Assembly: GCF_964204865.1 (NCBI RefSeq)
Contig: NC_135261.1
Coordinates: 10,664,001 to 10,728,000, forward strand
Reading direction: 5' to 3'
Length of the DNA: 64,000 bases
Origin: Styela clava
Taxonomy: Eukaryota
The notes below the pieces were generated by a model. It searched no databases. It had not been told where the DNA came from and was given only the letters and a program-made list of their open reading frames with translations. Shown piece after piece: positions 1 through 12,699 of the stretch. The position numbers and the translations under genes were made by a program. Position 1 is the stretch's first letter. Each line of letters begins with the position of its first letter.

Positions 1-170
1 AAAAATAAAGCTCTTTGTGCTTTGCGAAGTATGTAACTGATGTTATTGCGTGATACAATTTTACATGTAAATGTATAGAAATAGTGTTCAATCCACACGT
101 ACTTTCAAATCCCGGTCACTAAGAATGCTTCTAACCACATTATAACACTTCTATTTGCATTTGCTTAGAA

Positions 171-176
171 TTTATT
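171..176 (-). promoter_or_regulatory. Putative polyadenylation signal AATAAA of the arrayed gene (conserved in all copies)
   Basis: tttatt on the + strand ~106 nt downstream of the TAA at 282-284. Confidence 0.55.
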
Positions 177-281
177 GTCAATATCAGCAGATGGTAAAGG
201 CAATTGGCATAAATTCATCAGCCTAATCTAAAACTAAGATATTTCCATGGTCGTTTGTCGTTCGGTTGATGTCGGCGGTGT

Positions 282-2937
282 TTATATACATCTGACATAT
301 CTGAAGCATCCGTCATACTTGACAATGCGGTAGGATTTGTACGTGCTGAAATAGGATTATGTTAAGCAGGAAAAACTCTGATTCAATTCAATTACAAAAC
401 TAACTAAGACTTACCAGAATTGCTTGTAAGCAAAGCAATAAGAAGAAGACGTGGGCAACACGCATCGATAATTATAGGTGATCTTAAGTTCTCGAAGTTG
501 CACACAGTATGTACATTTGAATCCACAAGCATAATGCTCCTTCAGATCACTGAGATGTTTCCCCCAGTCTTGTTCAATCTTGGTCACTATGTCGGTGTTT
601 TCTTTCTTCGTTTTCTCTTCGTAGGCGTTGTACAATTTTTGAGCTTCGTTGCCGAGTGGTTTGCCCATATAAAATTCAAGCAGTTTCAAATACTGTTCTG
701 TTCTGAGTTGGGCAATCTAAACATTTTTGCAAGAATTATATAAATATAAATTCATATTTTAAACAAAATGTCACGCTGTCAACCTTTTCCAATCTCTCTG
801 TAATGCATTTCAGTCTTCTTTCAAACCGTTCCGATAAGCACTTTACGTAGCTTTCGATCTTTGTCTTTCTGGTAGATAGGCATGTTGCATATTGTGCAAC
901 ATATTTGGCAATTCGCTCATTGAACCTTTGCTCGTGGCAACCAATCATGTCAGTGTATGCCTTGGAAGCGCGAGAAAGGCGCTCCCCAAGCTTTTTTTCA
1001 TACTCTGCAATCGCTTTTTTCTTTTGTTCGTCCAATGATTTCTGATATTCTTCTAGGGAAGTCAAGTTATCTGCTGTGATGCAATTGTTTCTAGAAATAT
1101 AAAGAGCAACTGAGCCAAATGTCATCTTATGATATACTTATTCACCGTGACACTTACTGTACTAAGTAATTTGCTTTATAATACGTTATCAAACATTTGT
1201 GTCTCTCATCAACAATCTTTTTGAAAGACTCCAATGCCTTCTGATTAGTTATTTTTGCTTGCGCATACCAATCATCATATGTTTTCTTCATGGATTCAAT
1301 TATTGTCTTAGCTTTATTATCAAGGTCTTCTTTGAATTTTTGTTCGGTGATATTAACTTCATCTTAAGTGTAATAAAAACATTAAATTCAGTGAAACATA
1401 AAGACAATTGAGCAAACGTTTTAGGACTTGCACTAACCGGTTACACATTTTTTCAGCTCCTTGTATTTGATTGTCCTGTATTGAAATTTGTAGGTCAAGA
1501 AACGGAAGCAACTTCTTTGGGTAGTAATTTTGTACGTCCACCATTTCCCGATACTTCGACTATAAAGAAAAAACCAAGAGTAGAATTATATTGATATATA
1601 CTATTTACCTGCCATTTATTTATAATTACCAATTGGTGTAAAATTGACTTCTGCCAAAACAGAGAGTTCCGCCGTATGCGCACTGATAAGCGCATGCGTA
1701 GCTTTTTACAAGTTCTCCGATAGCTGCAGTTAGCTTCGCGGTGTATTCGTCCAACTGTGTTTGATATGATTGAGTTTCTTTAGTTTTGAAAGCCTCCAAA
1801 ACTGCATTAACGTCTGCTCCGTTCCAATCCTCAGAACCTAGATGTAAAGTTCCATTGTGAATAAAATTATGTTCAAAATTCGAAAGAAAAGAAAAAACTT
1901 ACAATGGGCTCTGTATATCAGTTTTTGGAACACTTGAGATCTCTGTTTTACGATGGCTTCCATGACACATTTATATTTTGTCTCGTACTCTGTCACGCGC
2001 TTTTCGAGAGCTTTTTTGTATTCTTCTATTTTAGCTAAACGAGTGGTGAAGCATGTAACAGACCTGGAATAAGAAAGGTTCGAATTTTAGTTCTCTTGTA
2101 AACGAACTTTTAAACTTACAGTAACTCACCTCTCGACAAGTTTTTCGTGATATTCCAGCACACAAGCGTATCTTTTCTTCATGTCATCGTTATAATTTTT
2201 TTTTGCTTCTTCCAACAAAGAATCTAGTTTTGTATTATAATTTTCAATAGCCTTCTTGTTGGTCTGCTTCATTTCTTCTGACTCTTCCTGCAATCCCGTA
2301 ATTCTAAAAATTCACGATGTTAGTAATTTGAGTAAGAAAAGAATACGTAAGAAAGAATTGTAAGAAGAAATACAAACTTCAAATACTGCTTTGTATATTC
2401 CTCGATAGCGTCTTCGTGCTTTGTCTTTGCCTCGGTATTTTGATTTGTTGCAGTTTCAACCCAATCTTCATATTTTTGTTGCATATCAAGATCTATTTTA
2501 TCGGCCACTTCTTTCAATTGTTTTTTAACTTCAGTTTCAAAAACGGCGACCGTCATCTCTATAATACAAAAATTCATGCCTCAAAATGTGTGTTTCTCAA
2601 ATTATTCAGAAAAACTTATCAAGATACAATTCAGAATTACCTTCGAATCCATCCTCTGTGCATTTCTCTCCTGGATAGCTCTTCAGAACATTAGAGTAAT
2701 ATTTCGTTGTGAACCAAGCAGGACAGTAGTAGCTTCGGAAACTGTAGCATCCGTAATTTATTCGGTAAAATTGTCCGACATTGTAAGTAACATATCCGCA
2801 ATGACTCGGTTGGTATAGAGCGGCATTGGCAACCTGTAAACATTATAATTTAGGTAAAATTGATAAAAAGAAACGAAGGGCACTATTTATCAAATACTTA
2901 CGGCCAAACAGCCTAGAAGTAACAATAGAATCTTCAT
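282..2937 (-). CDS. Secreted, internally duplicated helical/coiled-coil Cys/Tyr-rich protein, 650 aa, 11 exons (copy 1). Exons: 2937-2902, 2833-2641, 2558-2378, 2303-2130, 2063-1903, 1837-1630, 1559-1438, 1362-1158, 1090-784, 716-415, 345-282
   Basis: All 10 introns are GT..AG, 65-82 nt, with compatible phases. Exons sum to 1953 nt with no internal stop. Starts MKILLLLLGCLA|VANA-ALYQPSHC (signal peptide-like) and ends DGCFRYVRCI*. AATAAA lies ~106 nt after the stop. Confidence 0.9.
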
Positions 2938-3473
2938 GATCGTCTTTATTCAGGTTGTTGAACAACGACTTGTCGAATCCCTGTTGTGCGCTTGTAGATA
3001 TAGGATTTCTTCCCTCTCTTCAAAATCCAAGTACCAGCTCCTTTATGTTTTAATGTTACTTTAGTGAGCTCTTATCTCGACCACAATGATTGAAATTGTC
3101 AGAAGCGCAACAAATGTTTACCTCGAATCGCTATGCCGTAGTTATAACAGAAAGTTCAGTTTATTTCATTTAAATCTTCCATCATTGTGCATTTAGTAAA
3201 AAGGTAATTGTTAATTAATCTTTTTATTGTGAAGTACATTATTTTTCAACTAATAAGATACCACTTCGACATAGCTATTCACTTCATCAGTACGCATTGT
3301 TTATATAAATATAACTTCAGGGTTGAAGATAGTTAGTCAATAGCTATTACATCCAATTGAACAGCATTACTAAAAAAATAGAAGTTTTTCAACAACACCT
3401 TATTTTTATTATTCACTCTTTGGTATACGCATACAATTGTTTTAACAGCAAAATGTACGACTTTTGAATCATA

Positions 3474-4482
3474 GATTGATTGACGTTCTCGTGCTTGACA
3501 GCGTCAATCAATCAGAAAAATTTCCTGATCATATAAGCATTAACAATGTATCTGGAATAGCCATAATGAATGGACACTGTAATATGAGTTATTCGGACAT
3601 GGATTGTGCACACGAAGAATATTTCACTCGTTGTCAGTGGTATTGGAGTTGGGAATTATCTTTTCACCTCCAAAATGATAAATCGGAAATTGGTGTAGAA
3701 TACTCCAATTAATTTAAAAATGAATTTTATGTTCTGTTTAATTGCTGGCATTTAAACATATATATATCTAACGCCAACGACAACCTCTAAATGAAAAGAT
3801 AACGATTGTATTAATATCGGGATCGACACAAAACAGGATTATACAGAACTCGACGACGTTCGTCGACAACACCAATAAAGTCGAAATATCCAGTTTCATA
3901 ACGTTTCGTCATAGGTCTCAAAGTCGAAAATTTTATTTCCGAATTCGGAATTCTCAAAACATTCGAATCCTACTTCAATATGATAAAGTTGGAAAGTACT
4001 AAATATTTTTAGTGTATTTCCATCATATTCAAAGCAAAAACACAAAATGTTGAGTTATAAATTATATTTTTAATCAAGAGCTGTCATATCCGTATAAATA
4101 ATATCACAAATAAACCATTTGTTTTTGACGAAGCACTTATATCCTTATGTTAGAACAAGCAGTTTATTTTGCATATTCGTATGCAAGTAAAACGTTGATG
4201 TTTCGATAGATTGATTGACGTTGTCATTCTCCGAGAATACTGAATCCCAAAAGAATATTTCAACTACTTACCTAGCATCTAGTGGACAGTTTCATATCGG
4301 ACGCCTTTAAATATATGGACTTCAAGATATTTTTTTGTAATTCGAAACAAATTTCCAAACATCATCAATATTTCCCGGATTCTCCTCATGCATAAATATT
4401 TCTATTTCTGAAAATATTCAATATGCTAATGTGCAGCTCGACTTTTGACGCGCGTCAAATATTGTTTGACAACGTCAATCAA
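3474..4482. repeat. Palindrome/inverted-repeat-rich segment upstream of the gene (all units); possibly a non-autonomous element
   Basis: Hairpin GATTGATTGACG-N16-CGTCAATCAATC (3474-3513); perfect 16-bp inverted pair TTGATTGACGTTGTCA (4211-4226) / TGACAACGTCAATCAA (4467-4482); palindrome TTTGACGCGCGTCAAA (4444-4459). Confidence 0.55.
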
Positions 4483-6746
4483 ACAAAACATGTAATTGTT
4501 TAGATAATAGATGCTCAAAAATTGTAAGCAAAACAATGTTTGTGATTACACCCTGTAGGAAGTGGATAATTCAGAACCGAAGATCAGCCATCATCAGAAT
4601 TTGTTAAAACTCGTCAGTTGTTAAATATCATATTAATTAAAAGGCTATATCATGATATTAGTTCATGAAATGGTTTATTTTTCTGGAGAGCCTGCTGATG
4701 GGTTAGAAAACTCTCTTGGAGATTTTCCTGACTGGTAACAGTATTCGTCACCATCAATGACAAAGCGGTATCTCGAAAGTATCCTCGAAACAATTTTCAG
4801 GGGATGAATCATGATTTTGATTAAGGTGAACTTATGATGAATAATTTGCCAATAATTAAATCATGAATTGAAATACATATTTATAACTGAACGTATTTGC
4901 AATCGTAGAGGTAGAAATTAATAACATACATATATTCAATTTAGAAAAAAAAAGGTTATGACCAACATGTCCTCATAATATCCTGAGCATCATTTTTTTT
5001 ATCGTCACTTTTCAATTCCCCAAGTTTTACGTTAACTTAAAATAACCAAATCGGTCTGACGTTAGCACATTGTACAGTTATACTATCAACTGCCGAGCAG
5101 GATAATGGTGTTCAGCACAACACCATCGTCGGCAATAGATTGTGTGCAGGCATGCATCTTTCAAAAATCCCATATTTTATTTCACCAAAGACCAAAATTT
5201 GATGAAAAATCCGATTTGTTAAAAAATCATCTAAATTAAGAAATGAAGACCTAAAATTGAACATTTCATATGACATTGAATTATTTTGCACAAATCCTGG
5301 AATAACATAATATAAATATGTACGATTCATAACATGCATTAAGTGGGAAAACTGTTCTAATCATAAAATATTAAATAGCTGATCCCACCTTTGGGGGTAG
5401 CCCACAGAATTTCTTTATTATTTCTCCTTTTTTTTAAGGGCTGATCCAAAGATGTCTAACTTGATTATCCGTTCATGTTGTAGTTTACAGGTGGCAAGAG
5501 TTATAGCTTGCATATTCTAAAATCGTTTAAATCTTCTAAACCATTTCATGATTTTTTTAAACGAAGTAACAACAAACCATGACTGGGAAAGTCTGCGAAT
5601 CAAAGCTCCGGAAGGGTGAAATTGAGGGAGGTATACGAGCAGGATATATGTGACTTGTGGTAAGGTATAGGATTCTGTATGGATTCAATACTGTTACCGA
5701 CAACAACAGCCACCGTAGTTGATGTAGAACGGATCCACCGATTCACCGAACGGATTCGGACAGGCCGAATGGATTCACCGATTTTCACAACGAGTAATGC
5801 AAGATCAGACTCTCAACATTCATTTATTTTTATTTTTTCCTGCCTGCTTTCACTTTTATGGTTGAACTTGAATGTCCAGGAAGAATAACCTATTATATTG
5901 ATAACTGATAATAATACGTCTTTTGGCTTAAATATATTATTTAATTACCTCATTAATTAATTACCTTTTCTTTAATGTACTTTATTTCAGCTATCTGAGA
6001 ATCACTCTACAATACATGAACTAACAACCTCTATTGACTTGAATAAAATACACGCAGTCAATACATCTTGCTATATGAAATCCTATTTCATAAATATATA
6101 TACCAAATAGGCTATGATGGATGCTTACCTGCCCTTTCACCCCAATTAATTCATTTATATATTTTACCATATTTCCATGCATATTTTTAGGTTGTTTTTT
6201 TGAGTTGCGCCTAAAAGTGGTTTGCGTGTTTAAAACTATAATTTCACATGACATTTAACGGTATTAATTCCGAATGTCAACCCAGGTAGATCCAAATTTT
6301 AACTTCGTTCCATGACTCCAATATTAGGAAATCGTTGCGTCTTCAAAAAGTTTGGGTTACTACTGTTTGATGAATAAAGTTGAATAAAATCCAGAAAAAC
6401 ACATTTAGTGTTACAACAACGTACAATGTTTTTGAAATTTGTTCCGGAGAATACAAGCAAACGAACAGTAACCCCAACACCTGTTTTGCATAGTCGTTCC
6501 CGAAGTTGGCGATTAATCATCAGTGGCTTTAAAAAACTATAATGACGTCATATTGGATATAACGCATTGAGCCAAATAAAAAAATAACGTTGTACTTAAG
6601 TTTTCAATTTCTAAACTGAATTTATTAAGATCGGATGCCCTTGATTCTTCTGATTATATTCTCCAAGTTTTTGTTACTCTAAGTTTAGGTAATGTTTCCT
6701 AATTATCAATAAAATACCAGTCTTTCGAAACAGGAATGTACTAGAG

Positions 6747-7595
6747 CAGGGGTCAGCCCACGGCCCGCGGGCCAGATCCTGTCCGCGGAGTAAAATAATC
6801 CAGCACGCCATACTTTACTGAATTATAGAAATCGGCTGTTTTGATGATTATATTCTTTACGTAACAGAATTTATTTTAAGTCACGTGTAGACTAATTTAT
6901 ACTATAACCTAACAAGTAAATAAGTAGGCTACTCGTTTATTAATTATAATTAGACAAATGGCAACAAACCGCAGAATAGTTTATGCTAAGTGCAAAGGGT
7001 TCAATGGCGCAGAAAATATTTAAATGAGTTTTATTGAGATGAAGAAATAAATTTATATTCCTTTTTAAGAAATGTATCTTTGCTTGATTTTTATAAAAAA
7101 GTATCTTCTTGAAAGAAAACCTTACCCCAATTTGAGTGACAAATCATGCGAATAACTTTCTATCGATGTTTGGAAGTACATATGTACGCAAACAATTATT
7201 TCAGAAAACGAACATTACAAAGAACAAGCTGAGAATTCGGATTAGTGATGCCCATTTATAAAATGTTTTTATCTTGGCTTCATTCAGTGTCCCATTCAGA
7301 AAACGTTTCCCATACAGTGACGTTGAAAACGTATTAAGCGGGTTGCAACAAAAAGTGTCACATTAAATGTCATTTGTAATCTTTCTTCTCAAGTAAAACG
7401 ATTAAGTTGAGTTCACGAGTTGTCGCAGTCTTCGCACGCTGCTTAAATCCTAAAATGTCAACATCTGATCTGATCAAAAAATTGCGATTAATCGGCCATA
7501 CCTTCGGTTTTTAACTTTCTAAAAATATGTGACACCCAACAAGACTCGCAACCTTTAGTTTTGGTCCGCGAGCGACAAAAGGTTGCCGACATCAT
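6747..7595 (+). mobile_element. Internally deleted, decayed hAT (Charlie/SPIN/GTF2IRD2-like) element, unit 1
   Basis: Left end CAGGGGTC..CGGCCCGCGGGCC preceded by TACTAGAG (NNNTANNN-type site); right end GGTCCGCG..AAAAGGTTGCCGAC. Transposase remnants MATNRRIVYAKCKGFN (N-term) and LSMFGSTYV.KQLF....TKNKLRIRISDAHL (C-terminal hAT dimerisation region). Right TSD not preserved. Confidence 0.75.
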
Positions 7596-8254
7596 AAAGT
7601 TTTCTTATATGGTGCACAAATATCACCAGTATGTTATTAAGATATACTAATTGTGGAATTTGGCAATAATATGATTGTTCTGAGACATTCTTTTTAATAT
7701 AATTCCATTTCTCATCCAACATTTGTCATTTCTGAACCTAACAATTTGACCTGTATTTCCCATTTTGATTTCTTGTGCATCGCTCAGAGTTTCATCTCAA
7801 GTTATCAATTTTTAGAAGTACAATTTCAATGAGAAGTTTGAAAGTATCGGTTGTGCTTTAATAGGGATTTGGGAAATGAATTTTCGGCACAACAGCTTTT
7901 TCTACTATTTGCACCCTGGCGTTACCGGGTCGCAAATAAAGGAGGTTACAAGGAGTATGAAGCATGCATGTTGAAAAATAAAGCGCCTTGTGCTTTGCGA
8001 AGTATGTAACTGATGTTATTGCGTGATACAATTTTACATGTAAATGTATAGAAATAGAGTTCAATCCACACGTACTTTCAAATCCCGGTCACTAAGAATG
8101 CTTCTAACCACATTATAACACTTCTATTTGCATTTGCTTAGAATTTATTGTCAATATCAGCAGATGGTAAAGGCAATTGGCATAAATTCATCAGCCTAAT
8201 CTAAAACTAAGATATTTCCATGGTCGTTTGTCGTTCGGTTGATGTCGGCGGTGT

Positions 8255-10910
8255 TTATATACATCTGACATATCTGAAGCATCCGTCATACTTGACAATG
8301 CGGTAGGATTTGTACGTGCTGAAATAGGATTATGTTAAACAGGAAAAACTCTGATTCAATTCAATTACAAAACTAACTAAGACTTACCAGAATTGCTTGT
8401 AAGCAAAGCAATAAGAAGAAGACGTGGGTAACACGCATCGATAATTATAGGTGATCTTAAGTTCTCGAAGTTGCACACAGTATGTACATTTGAATCCACA
8501 AGCATAATGCTCCTTCAGATCACTGAGATGTTTCCCCCAGTCTTGTTCAATCTTGGTCACTATGTCGGTGTGTTCTTTCTTCGTTTTCTCTTCGTAGGCG
8601 TTGTACAATTTTTGAGCTTCGTTGCCGAGTGGTTTGCCCATATAAAATTCAAGCAGTTTCAAATACTGTTCCGTTCTGAGTTGGGCAATCTAAAAATTTT
8701 TGCAAGAATTATATAAATATAAATACATATTTTAAACAAAATGTCACGTAGTCAACCTTTTCCAATCTCTCTGTAATGCATTTCAGTCTTCTTTCAAACC
8801 GTTCCGATGAGCACTTTACGTAGCTTTCGATCTTTGTCTTTCTGGTAGATAGGCATGTTGCATATTGTGCAACATATTTGGCAATTCGCTCATTGAGCCT
8901 TTGCTCGTGGCAACCAATCATGTCAGTGTATGCCTTGGAAGCGCGAGAAAGGCGCTCCCCAAGCTTTTTTTCATACTCTGCAATCGCTTTTTTCTTTTGT
9001 TCGTCCAATGATTTCTGATATTCTTCTAGGGAAGTCAAGTTATCTGCTGTGATGCAATTGTTTCTGGAAATATAAAGAGCAACTGAGCCAAATGTCATCT
9101 TATGATATACTTATTCACCGTGACACTTACTGTACTAAGTAATTTGCTTTATAATACGTTATCAAACATTTGTGTCTCTCATCAACAATCTTTTTGAAAG
9201 ACTCCAATGCCTTCTGATTAGTTATTTTTGCTTGCGCATACCAATCATCATATGTTTTCTTCATGGATTCAATTATTGTCTTAGCTTTATTATCAAGGTC
9301 TTCTTTGAATTTTTGTTCGGTGATATTAACTTCATCTTAAGTGTAATAAAAACATTAAGTTCAGTGAAACATAAAGACAATTGAGCAAACGTTTTAGGAC
9401 TTGCACTAACCGGTTACACATTTTTTCAGCTCCTTGTATTTGATTGTCCTGTATTGAAATTTGTAGGTCAAGAAACGGAAGCAACTTCTTTGGGTAGTAA
9501 TTTTGTACGTCCACCATTTCCCGATACTTCGACTATAAAGAAAAAACCAAGAGTAGAATTATATTGATATATACTATTTACCTGCCATTTATTTATAATT
9601 ACCAATTGGTGTAAAATTGACTTCTGCCAAAACAGAGAATTCCGCCGTATGCGCACTGATAAGCGCATGCGTAGCTTTTTACAAGTTCTCCGATAGCTGC
9701 AGTTAGCTTCGCGGTGTATTCGTCCAACTGTGTTTGATATGATTGAGTTTCTTTAGTTTTGAAAGCCTCCAAAACTGCATTAACGTCTGCTCCGTTCCAA
9801 TCCTCAGAACCTAAATGTAAAGTTCCATTGTGAATAAAATTATGTTCAAAATTCGAAAGAATAGAAAAAACTTACAATGGGCTCTGTATATCAGTTTTTG
9901 GAACACTTGAGATCTCTGTTTTACGATGGCTTCCATGACACATTTATAGTTTGTCTCGTACTCTGTCACGCGCTTTTCGAGAGCTTTTTTGTATTCTTCT
10001 ATTTTAGCTAAACGAGTGGTGAAGCATGTAACAGACCTGAAATAAGAAAGGTTCGAATTTTAGTTCTCTTGTAAACGGACTTTTAAACTTACAGTAACTC
10101 ACCTCTCGACAAGTTTTTCGTGATATTCCAGCACACAAGCGTATCTTTTCTTCATGTCATCGTTATAATTTTTTTTTGCTTCTTCCAACAATGAATCTAG
10201 TTTTGTATTAAAATTTTCAATAGCCTTCTTGTTGGTCTGCTTCATTTCTTCTGACTCTTCCTGCAATCCCGTAATTCTAAAAATTCACGATGTTAGTAAT
10301 TTGAGTAAGAAAAGAATACGTAAGAAAGAATTGTAAGAAGAAATACAAACTTCAAATACTGCTTTGTATATTCCTCGATAGCGTCTTCGTGCTTTGTCTT
10401 TGCCTCGGTATTTTGATTTGTTGCAGTTTCAACCCAATCTTCATATTTTTGTTGCATATCAAGATATATTTTATCGGCCACTTCTTTCAATTGTTTTTTA
10501 ACTTCAGTTTCAAAAACGGCGACCGTCATCTCTATAATACAAAAATTCATGCCTCAAAATGTGTGTTTCTCAAATTATTCAGCAAAACATATCAAGATAC
10601 AATTCAGAAGTACCTTCGAATCCATCCTCTGTGCATTTCTCTCCTGGATAGCTCTTCAGAACATTAGAGTAATATTTCGTTGTGAACCAAGCAGGACAGT
10701 AGTAGCTTCGGAAACTGTAGCATCCGTAATTGATTCGGTAAAATTGTCCGACATTGTAAGTAACATATCCACAATGACTCGGTTGGTATAGAGCGGCATT
10801 GGCAACCTGTAAACATTATAATTTAGGCAAAATTGATAAAAAGAAACGAAGGGCACTATTTATCAAATACTTACGGCCAAACAGCCTAGAAGTAACAATA
10901 AAATCTTCAT
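8255..10910 (-). CDS. Same 11-exon secreted helical Cys-rich protein, copy 2
   Basis: Colinear with copy 1 (+7973); splice dinucleotides and frame retained; a few missense changes (e.g. ENYNTK>ENFNTK, CLSER>CSSER). Confidence 0.88.
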
Positions 10911-10967
10911 GATCGTCTTTATTCAGGTTGTTGAACAACGACTTGTCGAATCCCTGTTGTGCGCTTG

Positions 10968-10973
10968 TATATA
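10968..10973 (-). promoter_or_regulatory. Possible TATA box of the arrayed gene (shown for copy 2)
   Basis: TATATA ~58 nt upstream of the ATG in copies 2-8; altered to TATATCTA in copy 1. Weak evidence in AT-rich DNA. Confidence 0.3.
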
Positions 10974-12699
10974 TGGGATTTCTTCCCTCTCTTCAAAATC
11001 CAAGTACCAGCTCCTTTATGTTTTAATGTTAATTTAGTGAGCTCTTATCTCGACCACAATGATTGAAATTGTCAGAAGCGCAACAAATGTTTACCTCGAA
11101 TCGCTATGCCGTAGTTATAACAGAAAGTTCAGTTTATTTCATTTAAATCTTCCATCATTGTGCATTTAGTAAAAAGGTAATTGTTAATTAATCTTTTTAT
11201 TGTGAAGTACATTATTTTTCAACTAATAAGATACCACTTCGACATAGCTATTCACTTCATCAGTACGCATTGTTTATATAAATATAACTTCAGGGTTGAA
11301 GATAGTTAGTCAATAGCTATTACATCCAATTGAACAGCATTACTAAAAAAATAGAAGTTTTTCAACAACACTTTATTTTTATTATTCACTCTTTGGTATA
11401 CGCATACAATTGTTTTAACAGCAAAATGTACGACTTTTGAATCATAGATTGATTGACGTTCTCATGCTTGACAGCGTCAATCAATCAGAAAAATTTCCTG
11501 ATCATATAAGCATTAACAATGTATCTGGAATAGCCATATTGAATGGACACTGTAATATGAGTTATTCGGACATGGATTGTGCACACGAAGAATATTTCAC
11601 TCGTTGTCAGTGGTATTGGAGTTGGGAATTATCTTTTCACCTCCAAAATGATAAATCGGAAATTGGTGTAGAATACTCCAATTAATTTAAAAATGAATTT
11701 TATGTTCTGTTTAATTGCTGGCATTTAAACATATATATATCTAACGCCAACGACAACCTCTAAATGAAAAGATAACGATTGTATTAATATCGGGATCGAC
11801 ACAAAACAGGATTATACAGAACTCGACGACGTTCGTCGACAACACCAATAAAGTCGAAATATCCAGTTTCATAACGTTTCGTCATAGGTCTCAAAGTCGA
11901 AAATTTTATTTCCGAATTCGGAATTCTCAAAACATTCGAATCCTACTTCAATATGATAAAGTTGGAAAGTACTAAATATTTTTAGTGTATTTCCATCATA
12001 TTCAAAGCAAAAACACAAAATGTTGAGTTATAAATTATATTTTTAATCAAGAGCTGTCATATCCGTATAAATAATATCACAAATAAACCATTTGTTTTTG
12101 ACGAAGCACTTATATCCTTATGTTAGAACAAGCAGTTTATTTTGCATATTCGTATGCAAGTAAAACGTTGATGTTACGATAGATTGATTGACGTTGTCAT
12201 TCTCCGAGAATACTGAATCCCAAAAGAATATTTCAACTACTTACCTAGCATCTAGTGGACAGTTCCATATCGGGCGCCTTTAAATATATGGACTTCAAGA
12301 TATTTTTTTGTAATTCGAAACAAATTTCCAAACATCATCAATATTTCCCGGATTCTCCTCATGCATAAATATTTCTATTTCTGAAAATATTCAATATGCT
12401 AATGTGCAGCTCGACTTTTGACGCGCGTCAAATATTGTTTGACAACGTCAATCAAACAAAACATGTAATTGTTTAGATAATAGATGCTCAAAAATTGTAA
12501 GCAAAACAATGTTTGTGATTACACCCTGTAGGAAGTGGATAATTGAGAACCGAAGATCAGCCATCATCAGAATTTGTTAAAACTCGTCAGTTGTCAAATA
12601 TCATATTAATTAAAAGGCTATATCATGATATTAGTTCATGAAATAGTTTATTTTTACTGCCTAATAACCGGTAACCAAGACTGAAACAAGCAAATTAAA

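Noticed and set aside
1359-1695. Minus-strand ORFs MVDVQNYY... and MRLSVRIRR...
   Set aside because: Alternative frames across exons 6-7 and introns; the splice-compatible frame is different, and these ORFs are lost in copy 3.
2126-2128. Apparent premature TGA after LVER in copies 1-3
   Set aside because: It lies within the intron-4 donor AG|GTGAGT whose phase matches exon 5, so these copies are not pseudogenes.
420-2818. Plus-strand ORFs overlapping the gene (e.g. 420-743, 1199-1411, 2416-2694, 2576-2818) and their copies
   Set aside because: Antisense shadows of K/E-rich exons; their hydrophobic F/L-rich look follows from the opposite-strand codons, and they are broken in some units.
5728-5783. 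Short degenerate repeats (gaacggattcacc-like)
   Set aside because: Only 3-4 imperfect units with no unique spacers; not a CRISPR array or satellite.
6021-6520. ORFs of 73-80 aa conserved across units (also 3464-3712, 5112-5339, 7858-8064)
   Set aside because: Conservation simply reflects recent unit duplication; no recognisable motifs or convincing splice structure, several lack ATG starts and one is frameshifted in unit 7.
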